DNA of 32,000 nt from Candidatus Harpocratesius repetitus (GCA_021498095.1 JAIZWK010000001.1:2910001-2942000); one strand, 5' to 3'. Positions 20,129 through 29,382 are shown, counted from the stretch's first letter. A program made the numbers and translations. The notes: generated from the letters alone by a model not told the origin.

Positions 20129-20633
20129 TTAATTTTATCACTTCTTGTGATGAATGAGCATTAAGTATTTTATCATTGCGCGTATTATCAATTGATGTTC
20201 CTGCCAATTTAGCGGACCATCCTCCTGTATTGGATAAGCTTATTATTTTTTTCCCCATTTTCCATGCTAATGCGATCTCACTCAAAGTACCTGAAGCACC
20301 TGAAATAGTAACCACAACATCAGCCATAGAAACTAATATTACATTCCTACTTTCTCCCATTCCAGTTGGAATCGGAATTGAAATATAAGGATTTGCAGAT
20401 TCTTTCGTAGCAGTTGGAAGAATTCCAACAACAATTCCATTTTTTAAAAAAGCACCTTTAGCTGCAGCTTCCATTACACCTGTAAGTCCACCACAAGCAA
20501 CAATATAGCCGTTCTCTGCTAGTAAACTTCCTAATTCTTCTGATATTTTGTATATTTCCTTAGATATTGTCTTTGAACCACAAACACTAACAATAGGCTT
20601 AAAATTTTTAGAAATTTCCATAATTTCGATCAC
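20109..20633 (-). CDS. LOG-family Rossmann-fold protein (TIGR00725-like)
   Basis: VSVCGS, LAENGYIVACGGLTGVMEAAAKGA, VVGILP, TGMGESRNVILV and GASGTLSEIALA. The start may be ATG 20621. Confidence 0.88.
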   Translation of the reverse strand: MIEIMEISKNFKPIVSVCGSKTISKEIYKISEELGSLLAENGYIVACGGLTGVMEAAAKGAFLKNGIVVGILPTATKESANPYISIPIPTGMGESRNVILVSMADVVVTISGASGTLSEIALAWKMGKKIISLSNTGGWSAKLAGTSIDNTRNDKILNAHSSQEVIKLIKSIYQ

Positions 20634-20693
20634 TTTTTACTTTTAACAAATCATTTATTATCATATCATAAAAAATCTTTATCAACTATTTCT

Positions 20694-20767
20694 GATCTCT
20701 CTCGATCTCTCTCGATCTCTCTCGATCTCTCTCGATCTCTCTCGATCTCTCTCGATCTCTCTCGATC
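20694..20767. repeat. Tandem repeat (GATCTCTCTC)x7 plus GATC
   Basis: Seven perfect 10-bp units at 20694-20763, continued by degenerate units GATCAATTTC, ATTCAATTTC and GATCAATTTT to 20793. Confidence 0.95.
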
Positions 20768-20771
20768 AATT

Positions 20772-21770
20772 TCATTCAATTTCGATCAATTTTTTTTGCA
20801 AATTATAAAATTGTATATGAATTTCAGGTTCGTTCTGAACTGTTCCAATCATAGTAAATTCCATTTTACAATTTTTAATTTCTTTTCGAATTTCATCGAT
20901 ATTTTCTTTTGATCCACTAATTAAGAATGCAGAGGTAAGGAATAAAAATAGAAAATCTTCGAATATATATGGCATTTGAGTTTGTTCAACTGCTTTTTCA
21001 ATTTGCTCTAAATCAATTTTAGCCCCCAATCCATTATATTGCATCATTTGATAAATAGTTCCTAAAATTCCACCATTTGAAATATCCTTACTTGAATGAA
21101 TAAGTCTTTTCTTTGCTAATGTTTGAAAAAATATTCGTTTTTTATAAAATTCTTCGCTTGTTTTCATGGTAATTGTATCCCAATACATTGGATTAGCTTT
21201 TGCGGGACATCCTTCTCTATCCCAAATAATTGCTAAAAAATCACCTACTTGAGCACCTTTGGAAGAAATGTAATATTCAGCTGGACATTCCCCTACTATA
21301 GTTGAAGATAAAAAAAGGTTCTCTGAGTCAGTAATAGAATGCCCTCGAATTAATGGAACTTTAAATATTTTTGTTCCATGTAAAATTCCACGAATTATTT
21401 CATTTCCTATCTTATGGGAAGAAAAGGCAACAATTATACTACAAGCAGTAGGATTCCCCCCACAAGCAATAATATCATCAATTCCTACATATATAGAAGA
21501 AAATCCAGCACCAAAAGGGGATTTTTTTACAAATTCAGGTAAAATTGCATCAGTAGTTATTAGAGAAAGGGTAGAACTTGATTTTTTTGAAGGAATTATG
21601 GCAGCATCTTCTCCTAAATTCTTCTGGACAATTTGTGGAGAAAAGCTTTCCATTTGAATTTTCTGTAAAATTGGATTTAATCTCCTTTTTTCACTGATAT
21701 TTCGTGATTGATGAAAGTGGTTGTAAATATTATATAATTTTTGCTCATTGCTTAAATTTTTCTTTTCCAT
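20772..21770 (-). CDS. AIR synthase-related (PurM/ThiL/SelD superfamily) protein
   Basis: GEDAAII, ITTDAI, GIDDIIACGGNP, RGHS and SKDISNGGILG match PurM-like N- and C-domain motifs. Subfamily not resolved. Confidence 0.8.
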   Translation of the reverse strand: MEKKNLSNEQKLYNIYNHFHQSRNISEKRRLNPILQKIQMESFSPQIVQKNLGEDAAIIPSKKSSSTLSLITTDAILPEFVKKSPFGAGFSSIYVGIDDIIACGGNPTACSIIVAFSSHKIGNEIIRGILHGTKIFKVPLIRGHSITDSENLFLSSTIVGECPAEYYISSKGAQVGDFLAIIWDREGCPAKANPMYWDTITMKTSEEFYKKRIFFQTLAKKRLIHSSKDISNGGILGTIYQMMQYNGLGAKIDLEQIEKAVEQTQMPYIFEDFLFLFLTSAFLISGSKENIDEIRKEIKNCKMEFTMIGTVQNEPEIHIQFYNLQKKLIEIE

Positions 21771-21920
21771 TTTTCTTTTCCACTTGACAAAATTTCAAAT
21801 AGAAGATCTATTCATACATTATTTAAGTAAAAATAACCAACTATCTACATATATCAACGAATCAAAAATAAAAAAGATATTTTACATCAATAGAGCTAAT
21901 TATATAATAAGGGAGTATTT

Positions 21921-23438
21921 ATGGTGCAAAAACAAACAGAAAATCTCATCATTAAAGGGAGTGTTTTTTCTATTTTTGGCCAAATGGGTCCAGAAGCGAT
22001 TTTTGGCTTTCCTGTTCCTAAAGATGGCCGTATTAAAGATTTAGAAGAAGAATATATTACTTCTGACTTCACTCAACAAAGTTACATGCAAGTTGCAATT
22101 AAAAGTATCGCTCTCTTATTAAGTGATTATTCTCTAGAAAGTTCTGAAGAAGATCATTTAGAAAAAAACGAAATTTTTGGTGTTCTTCCTTATCCTGATA
22201 TTCATACAATTGGGTTTACCTATTTTACTTATTATTTCTCCAAAAATTCACAACGATATTCCCCTATTACACTTACATTGTTTATTCCTGAACATCATAG
22301 AAGCTTTATTTATGATAGTCTTCCTCGTTTAAAGGAACCTACTCGCAAATTTGCTCAATTTTTAATTGATACCATAAAGCAATATAATATCACATCTGAA
22401 GCGGAAGGTACTCCAATTTTTCCACAAATTCTTCCTAATTTTGTCGAATTTTTTAAAAAACTTCAATCTATTCAAAGTAAACCGATTTCTCCTGTTACTA
22501 AACACCGACGGATAAAAATTCTATTTACAGGACTAGAAAATACAGGTAAAACTAGTTTTTTATTAACAATAAAGAGGAATTTTAGCGCACTTCCTTCTTT
22601 ACTTCCAACAACCAAACCAACTCAAGATACCTTAGATTTTCTCGGCACAACTATTCTTAAATGGGATATACCAGGCAAAAAAGAGATTCGTGAAGAAATA
22701 ATCCAAAAATCTGATATATTTATTTTTGAAACAGATGTGTTATATTATTTTATCGATGTTCAAAATCCTCGAATAGAAGAAAATTTAGAATTCTTAACAA
22801 AAATATTAGATATTTGTGAAGAAAATAAACAAAATATACCAATTATCTTTATCTTAACAAAATTTGATGAAGATATAAGTCAGCAAGAAAATATCTTACA
22901 AAACTTATCAAAAATTAAAAATAAAATGATTTCTATTTTACGAGATCATCCATATAAATTCTTTCATACATCAATTTTTTCTATATACTCTGTTCTAAAC
23001 GCTTTTAGTTTTGGATTAAGACAACTTTCACCAAATCGACCATTACTTGAACATATTTTACGTGATTTCATCGTAGAACACGAAATTATTAGTAGTCTTT
23101 TATTGAATGAAAATGGTTTAGTTATTGCATCAGTTGAAAGAAAACATGAAATGATGGGAAAATATCTATCAGTAAATCAAGTTTTTGAAATTGCTGCACC
23201 TCAATTCACCACAATTGCACATCAATTCAGCAATCTTCACCCAGAAATTAAAGGAGGTGTGAGCAAATATCAATTTTCAAACACTGATTTTGTATTTTTA
23301 TATAAATTTCAAGTAAATGAATTTATATTTTTCGCATTATTCTACTCTAAAAATAGCGATTGTGCTGAAATATTGGAAAAAGAATTCCCAAAATTTCAGA
23401 AAAAGATTCATAATTTGCTTATTCTTTATATAAAATGA
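21921..23438 (+). CDS. Multidomain small GTPase: N-terminal longin/uDENN-like domain, Rag/Arf-like G domain, C-terminal roadblock-like domain
   Basis: G1 GLENTGKT, G2 PT, G3 WDIPGK, G4 TKFD and G5-like HTSIF. C-terminal SSLLLNENGLVIAS is roadblock-like. The N-terminal FSIFGQMGPE...FP domain call is tentative. SD GGAG upstream. Confidence 0.78.
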   Translation: MVQKQTENLIIKGSVFSIFGQMGPEAIFGFPVPKDGRIKDLEEEYITSDFTQQSYMQVAIKSIALLLSDYSLESSEEDHLEKNEIFGVLPYPDIHTIGFTYFTYYFSKNSQRYSPITLTLFIPEHHRSFIYDSLPRLKEPTRKFAQFLIDTIKQYNITSEAEGTPIFPQILPNFVEFFKKLQSIQSKPISPVTKHRRIKILFTGLENTGKTSFLLTIKRNFSALPSLLPTTKPTQDTLDFLGTTILKWDIPGKKEIREEIIQKSDIFIFETDVLYYFIDVQNPRIEENLEFLTKILDICEENKQNIPIIFILTKFDEDISQQENILQNLSKIKNKMISILRDHPYKFFHTSIFSIYSVLNAFSFGLRQLSPNRPLLEHILRDFIVEHEIISSLLLNENGLVIASVERKHEMMGKYLSVNQVFEIAAPQFTTIAHQFSNLHPEIKGGVSKYQFSNTDFVFLYKFQVNEFIFFALFYSKNSDCAEILEKEFPKFQKKIHNLLILYIK

Positions 23439-23789
23439 TTCACTGCGAAGATTATAATTACATTAATTATAATAACATTAATAATAATAAGATAAAAAAG
23501 TTAGAACGAAAAAAGGGATCTAATCCAAACATTTTTTTTATTTCATTTTTCCGACGAAAATTATTCTTCTTCGATGAAATAGATATTAAAAGATAGATTT
23601 TTCAAGCAATCCAAATGGAGAAATTAACTGAAAGGGAGAAATCCCTACGAAGTTCAATCACAATTTTGGAAGGTACTTAAAGTAATCAAAAAATAAATCA
23701 TGTTAAAAATTTGAATCCGAAATGGAATCTTGGGTAAATTTTGGAATTTTATTTTCAAAACATTTACAAAGGAGGGGGACAATTATTTA

Positions 23790-25170
23790 ATCGTCAAACC
23801 AAATAACCACCCTAAAGGTGAACCATAAAGTTTGTCCCCAACACATAAAAATAAACGCCAAAATAAAAAGAAATCGAATTTTTATCACCGTTTAATTCTT
23901 GATCTGAAAATTAAAGGTTTATCATTAAACGAAATTCAGGACCATTTACGAGTATGTTATAATTACAACATCTCTATTAGAAGTATTAGAAATATTTTAT
24001 GTGATTTAGGTGCAAAAGCTAAAGCTGTTAATCGATTTTACGATAATAAAGTTCTGCCTAAAATTAAAATAGCTGAAGCTGATGAAATTTACCAAGGTCG
24101 TAATGGCATGTATATAGGAATTGCTGATAAAAATTCCAACTATTTAGTTTCTCTAACTCAGTTAAATTCCAAAAATACGGAATCTTTTCAAAAATTTTTT
24201 AGCCAATTTTCAAATAACTTAACTTCCCTGGTTGTATGGGTGACTGACGGGCTGCACACCTATAATCCTGTGTTAAATTCGACGTATCCAGATATTATTC
24301 ATATAATTTGCCACGTGCATACGTATCGGGATGTAATGAAAGAACAAGAAGTCTACAATCGGAAAGCGCGTCGAAAATATAAAAAGCTTAAGAAAATACG
24401 AGAAAATTTAAAAAATGCAGAAAAACACCTAAAAAGTAACCAAAAGACCGTCAGTGCTGCAATAAATTCCATGAATGCGATTGAATCTGAACGAAATCAA
24501 TTCTATTTGAAACATGGAATTAAAAAGTACAGTAAAACAAAAAAATTTAAAGCACAACGGACAAAATATAAGAAAGAGCTTCAGAATCTCCGAGCATATA
24601 TAAGATCATATCAAAAACAGGTTAAATATTGGCAAAAGAAAATCCAATGTTTTCAAAAGGATTTGAAAGAGGCGGAATTGCGATATATTAAATCTAAAAT
24701 CATTGCTCTTCAAAGTGGACGACTTGTAAAAGAATTTAAAGATTTGTTAGACAGCAAATGGAATGAATTTAAGAAAAAAGAGCGTCGTTTACTAAAAATT
24801 TACTCTGATTCACCATATCCAATTGCTAAAAAACTAGCAAAAATTATTTTAAATAAGAAAAAGGTGTTTAACGATAAAGTTGAGAAGATTCAAAGCATAA
24901 TTCCACCCAATCGAGCTAATACCAACACAATTGAATCAATTTTCGGTAGATATCGACTTTTTTTTAAGAAATATCGAAAAATGAAAGATACTAAATACTC
25001 TAAAGCGGTATTTGAAATACTAAGATTGCATCACAACCTTTCTCCACCATATACAGGCCCAAATCAAGATAAATCACCTATAAATAGGGCTGGAATCAAG
25101 ACTAAATATATAAATTCTATAGATCGATTATGTGGAACGATTTCGTGATTTTAATAATTAGTTTGGCGAT
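23790..25170 (+). mobile_element. Insertion sequence, about 1.38 kb, with imperfect terminal inverted repeats
   Basis: Left ATCGTCAAACCAAATA (23790-23805) matches the reverse complement of 25155-25170 (ATCGCCAAACTAATTA) at 13/16. These ends bracket the transposase. No target-site duplication found. Confidence 0.6.
23832..25148 (+). CDS. DDE transposase with CxxH motif and long coiled-coil insertion
   Basis: N-terminal HTH-like region, D1 in AEADE, D2 in VTDG, HIICHVH, E in NTIESIFG and C-terminal HHN...SPINRAG. IS family not determined. Confidence 0.8.
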   Translation: MSPTHKNKRQNKKKSNFYHRLILDLKIKGLSLNEIQDHLRVCYNYNISIRSIRNILCDLGAKAKAVNRFYDNKVLPKIKIAEADEIYQGRNGMYIGIADKNSNYLVSLTQLNSKNTESFQKFFSQFSNNLTSLVVWVTDGLHTYNPVLNSTYPDIIHIICHVHTYRDVMKEQEVYNRKARRKYKKLKKIRENLKNAEKHLKSNQKTVSAAINSMNAIESERNQFYLKHGIKKYSKTKKFKAQRTKYKKELQNLRAYIRSYQKQVKYWQKKIQCFQKDLKEAELRYIKSKIIALQSGRLVKEFKDLLDSKWNEFKKKERRLLKIYSDSPYPIAKKLAKIILNKKKVFNDKVEKIQSIIPPNRANTNTIESIFGRYRLFFKKYRKMKDTKYSKAVFEILRLHHNLSPPYTGPNQDKSPINRAGIKTKYINSIDRLCGTIS

Positions 25171-25408
25171 CGTTTCCTTCTTAAATTTCAAATAATAAAT
25201 TAAATTTGAGCCAATATATTGACGATATTTGTAGAATCTTTGAATTAATGAAATAAAATCCTTGTAGAAATACTAAATTTTTGATAAAAGATTAAAAAAA
25301 GAAAGATTTTTTATTGATTAAGATCCGAAAAAAGTTTTATTCCATTTTCCTTATGATTATTGATTATTGTTCAAAAAAAGAATCTATCAAAAATTTTTGC
25401 ATTGCACT

Positions 25409-26149
25409 TCAATTAGGTGGCGCTTCTGACTCTTTTATATCTATTGATTTTTCATCTTTCTTTTTTTCAATTTCATTCTCATTTGATTTTTCATCATTAT
25501 CTTTATTTGAATCTATATTTTCTTTGATGTCTCCTTTACGGCGATAGCTCTTTAATTCATCTCCAATCCAAATAAGCATCATAATAAATTCAGGGACATA
25601 TTTATGCATTACAAGAACACATGCTACTGCAATAAAAGAACTAGCAGATGAAATAGGGTAGTGTACATCTTCCCATTTATAACCAATTTGATATAGATAT
25701 AATTGTAAAATCATCCGTAATATGTTTACAATATAGAATATTATTGTGGTGACCACAATCGCTTTAAATTTTCGCAACCATACTGTCTTTTTCAATTCGG
25801 GATCAGATGACGCAGGAATACATAAAATCACAGCAGAGAAAATGGCAATTGCGTGGATTCCAGTGCAAAGTGACTCAAAAAATATCCATCCAAGCCCTAA
25901 ATTATTCACATCGTCAACAATGAAATAATAAGGTGTTGGAAAGTATTTTGGATCGTACATAACAACACTATGAGTATTTGTAACTATATTTAAGAGCCAT
26001 GCGGTAATTTTTGCGGTGATACCATGAAGCCAAACCCAATCATGCGAGAACCAGATAGCTAATGCAATAATTGGGGCTCCAATAAATAAGATCATGACAG
26101 ACAGCCAATCGAAATCATAATAATGTCCTTCATATTCAATTTTTCCCAT
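25409..26149 (-). CDS. Archaeosortase/exosortase-family membrane protein
   Basis: Multiple TM helices with the Cys-Arg-His triad context LCTGIHAIAIF, IVNILRM and VHYP, and a charged low-complexity C-tail. Confidence 0.78.
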   Translation of the reverse strand: MGKIEYEGHYYDFDWLSVMILFIGAPIIALAIWFSHDWVWLHGITAKITAWLLNIVTNTHSVVMYDPKYFPTPYYFIVDDVNNLGLGWIFFESLCTGIHAIAIFSAVILCIPASSDPELKKTVWLRKFKAIVVTTIIFYIVNILRMILQLYLYQIGYKWEDVHYPISSASSFIAVACVLVMHKYVPEFIMMLIWIGDELKSYRRKGDIKENIDSNKDNDEKSNENEIEKKKDEKSIDIKESEAPPN

Positions 26150-26303
26150 GAAATAAAAGTCTCCAAATAGCTTTTAATTGAAAAATATGTTGCCTTTTTT
26201 AAAATCTTGACCTTTTACTTAATTAGCGTTGCATCTAAATAATTAAAAATGTTGGCACCAATAAAATATAGAAAAAGCTAGAGAATGAATGGAGTGAAGT
26301 TAA

Positions 26304-26948
26304 TTGATCAATAAATCAATTCAAAAAAAAGCAAGTCAGCAAAAATCTAAAAAATCTAAAAGATCCAAAAAATCCCAAAAGCGATATTCTGCAACATATT
26401 CAATAGAAAATACAGTAATTTCAGTAAATTATGAGCATGAAATCCCTCTTTCTTTTATTGCTGATAGATATCGTGATGTTGAATTAAATCCAAAAAAATT
26501 CCCTGGAATTTGCATCCACTTAACACCTCCTACACCAAAATCGACAGTTTTAATTTTTAAAAATGGAAAAATGATAATTACAGTATTAAAAAAAACACAA
26601 AATATTCCAAAAGTTTTAGCCAAAATTCATAAAAAGTTAAGTGTTATTGATATTCATCTTTCATCAAATCCCAAATATGAAATAGTAAATATTGTAGTCT
26701 CAGTGAATTTAAGAAAACATATAAATTTAGATATTGCATCTCTTGTTTTAGAACATTCTATCTATGAGCCAGAAATATTCCCTGGTTTAATTTATCATGT
26801 TTATTCTCCAAAAACAGTCTTTCTTATCTTTTCTTCAGGTAAAGTTATAATGACAGGAGTTAGAGAAGAAAAACAGATCCCCACTCTAATTAGAAACTTA
26901 GGAAATATATTAAAAACCCATAATTTACTTGAAACAGAGGGATATTAA
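26304..26948 (+). CDS. tbp: TATA-box-binding protein (divergent, basic N-terminal extension)
   Basis: Two TBP repeats, IENTV...NPKKFPG...LIFKNGK and IVNIV...YEPEIFPGLIY...LIFSSGKVIMTG. SD GGAGTGA before the TTG start. Confidence 0.9.
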   Translation: MINKSIQKKASQQKSKKSKRSKKSQKRYSATYSIENTVISVNYEHEIPLSFIADRYRDVELNPKKFPGICIHLTPPTPKSTVLIFKNGKMIITVLKKTQNIPKVLAKIHKKLSVIDIHLSSNPKYEIVNIVVSVNLRKHINLDIASLVLEHSIYEPEIFPGLIYHVYSPKTVFLIFSSGKVIMTGVREEKQIPTLIRNLGNILKTHNLLETEGY

Positions 26949-27035
26949 TAAAAAGAATTTCTCGTAATGTTTAACTTTTTTGTTGCTTTTTAGAAAAATA
27001 TTGACCAATCATTATGAAAGCGGGTAACACAATTA

Positions 27036-28613
27036 ATGACGAAACCAAATGTCTTTATTCGAGGAATTTATTCAACAGCTTTAACGAAATTATTTATTGA
27101 CGCAGGTTATCCTATCATTTTTCCTTCTGAGGAGATACAAAAACGATTTAAACTTCCATATCGACCAAAAGGGTCATATTCAAAAGATATTACCATCAAA
27201 GACCGCTTGGATCGACAAGGTATTTCAATAATGTTTAAAAAAAAGGTGTGGGAAGAATTAGAAAAAGAAAACTTCGCAGAATTTCCACTAACTCATGAGC
27301 AATTTCCAAACTTGATTCAATATTCAGCGCGGTTTCACAAAAATTCAATATACCGAGGATTAATTGTCAATTCTGATAAGAATCAGAATTATTCTTTAGT
27401 TCGACTAATTCCTGAAGATTTAAGTTCATCCGGATCAGAGATTGCTGCAGAATTCCAAACAACCTTAGCACGTTATTCACGTTTCATTCCAGATGCAAAA
27501 GAAGGAATATTTCAAGTAACTCATGAAGATAACGGAATAAATCAAGCCAGTTTGGGATCTTATTATACAGTTCCAGGAGATCTAATAGTTATTGTCCCTT
27601 ATAACAATAAAATCATTATTAGCCAAGAGATTCGACAAGGTAGAGTAAAAAAACACTTGTTTGATTTAGGTAAAGAAATTCAAAGAAATAAGAAATATGG
27701 TTTTATTTTTAGAACAGCAGCGGAAGTAGCATCAGATGATGAAATATTGGATGAAGTTGAAGAATTGGAGCAAGAATTAATAAAAATTCAAACGACAATT
27801 ACTCAATTTCCAAATAAAATTGGTGAAATCTATTCAAATTTTCGATCATTAAATTTACTCTTTACAAAGCCAATTAAGTATCAATTTGATGGATTTCGGA
27901 GAGAAATCATCCCAACATTGAGTAATCATCATGAAATCAAATCCTTACTATATCAGAAACACTTTCAGAGAATTTGGCATTTATATCAAGGTCAAGATTT
28001 TTCTGATGAAGAAGCAATAAAAGAAGATAATTTAGAAAAATTATTACATTATACTGAAATGTTGATGGAGGGTTTAGATAAAAAATCTCAAAATATTATC
28101 GATCAGAAATTTGCAAAAATATATTATAAAGGATTTCTAATCCCTCGTTCACGTTTGAATATTCTTCATCAGAAGCTTACTGGTAAAAGATTTTCCTTAA
28201 CATCTGGATATATTCAAGAAATTGAGTGGCAAGATGATTTACCAGTTCGGATTTTACTAAGAAGAAATCTTCATCCTGGAGGAAAATACGATGGATTAAA
28301 AACACCAGTTGAACGTGGTGATTTTGCAATGACTGAAATTGGTAATAATAACTGGTATTATATTTCTACATATTATTCAGCTAATCGAGAAATAAAAGGC
28401 AGATATTATAATATAAACACTCCAATTGAAATTACTAAGAAAGGAATTCATTACATTGATCTTGAGTTAGATATTGTAGAAAATATGGTTGGAGATAGAA
28501 CAATTGTTGATCAAGAATTGTTAGATCAAGCTTTAGCTAAAAAAATAATTTCTGATGAGATCTACAGTAAAGCGATTACAATTGCAGAAAACATTGTAGA
28601 AGGGAGAATATAA
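27036..28613 (+). CDS. fau-1: Probable ribonuclease FAU-1 (AU-rich RNA-binding, DUF402 C-terminus)
   Basis: N-terminal VFIRGIYSTALTKLF, GFIFRTAA, PGGKYDGL, YYNINTP and YIDLELDIV. Confidence 0.87.
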   Translation: MTKPNVFIRGIYSTALTKLFIDAGYPIIFPSEEIQKRFKLPYRPKGSYSKDITIKDRLDRQGISIMFKKKVWEELEKENFAEFPLTHEQFPNLIQYSARFHKNSIYRGLIVNSDKNQNYSLVRLIPEDLSSSGSEIAAEFQTTLARYSRFIPDAKEGIFQVTHEDNGINQASLGSYYTVPGDLIVIVPYNNKIIISQEIRQGRVKKHLFDLGKEIQRNKKYGFIFRTAAEVASDDEILDEVEELEQELIKIQTTITQFPNKIGEIYSNFRSLNLLFTKPIKYQFDGFRREIIPTLSNHHEIKSLLYQKHFQRIWHLYQGQDFSDEEAIKEDNLEKLLHYTEMLMEGLDKKSQNIIDQKFAKIYYKGFLIPRSRLNILHQKLTGKRFSLTSGYIQEIEWQDDLPVRILLRRNLHPGGKYDGLKTPVERGDFAMTEIGNNNWYYISTYYSANREIKGRYYNINTPIEITKKGIHYIDLELDIVENMVGDRTIVDQELLDQALAKKIISDEIYSKAITIAENIVEGRI

Positions 28614-28665
28614 TTAGTATAAAAAAGAATAATAGTTATTTCTGATTTATTCATCTGTCGTTATC

Positions 28666-29265
28666 TTAATTCTTTTTTTTTTTCGATTTAAATAATTGAG
28701 ACTCAACTCTAATATCTGTTAAAATTTCACCAGGATCCATTTTATTATTATCAACTTCTTTCCATTCACTCCATTCTTGCCATTTTTGTGATTTAATCAT
28801 TTTATCAAAATCTACATTATCTTTGATGACAGTTAAAGCAATATGGGTGTTTGTTCGTATTACATCAGGTGATTTAAGAATTTTTTTTATAATTTTGCTT
28901 AATTCTTTACGAGATTTAAAACGCATTAATATTATACTATCATAATCTCCCGTAACGTCATAAACACCAAATACATTAGGATGCGAAGCAATTAATTGTT
29001 GAACTTCAAGAAGTTTTCCCTTAGCAATAGAAACTTCTATAATCGCAACAATTTCATAGCCAATTTTCTCAAAATCAATATCAATAGTATATTTTTTTAT
29101 AATTTTCAACCGTTCTAATTCGTCTAATCGCTTTTTAATTGTTGTATGAGATTTTTTCAAAATTTTTGCAATTTGAGTATAACCTAAGCGTGAATCTTGA
29201 TCCAAAATACTAAGAATTTTTTCATCTATTTCATCGATATGATAAGTAGGAGTCTCCATCAGCAA
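28666..29265 (-). CDS. Lrp/AsnC-family transcriptional regulator
   Basis: IDEIDEKILSILDQDSR HTH, IDIDFEKIG and VYDVTGDYD, with a C-terminal extension of about 45 aa. The start may be ATG 29259. Confidence 0.92.
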   Translation of the reverse strand: MLMETPTYHIDEIDEKILSILDQDSRLGYTQIAKILKKSHTTIKKRLDELERLKIIKKYTIDIDFEKIGYEIVAIIEVSIAKGKLLEVQQLIASHPNVFGVYDVTGDYDSIILMRFKSRKELSKIIKKILKSPDVIRTNTHIALTVIKDNVDFDKMIKSQKWQEWSEWKEVDNNKMDPGEILTDIRVESQLFKSKKKKN

Positions 29266-29382
29266 ATTAACTCCAAAACTCCATCCTTTTTAATTATTAT
29301 GTTTTCTTGATCGATAAATTTCATTTAATCATTAAAAAAGAATAAATGAAATTCTAATAGAATTGAAAAATAAGAAACGAGT

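Noticed and set aside
20694-20767. Tandem arrays (here and at 30973-31027) as CRISPR
   Set aside because: Units are 10-11 bp, contiguous, without spacers, and no cas genes are present.
20772-21770. Specific call as SelD or ThiL
   Set aside because: No N-terminal Cys/Sec-x-x-Lys of SelD, and the motifs support only superfamily-level assignment.
19388-23558. Shared intergenic motif ATTTTTCCGAYGAA at 19388 and 23545
   Set aside because: Only two copies of a 13/14 match in very AT-rich DNA, plausibly chance, with no consistent position relative to genes.
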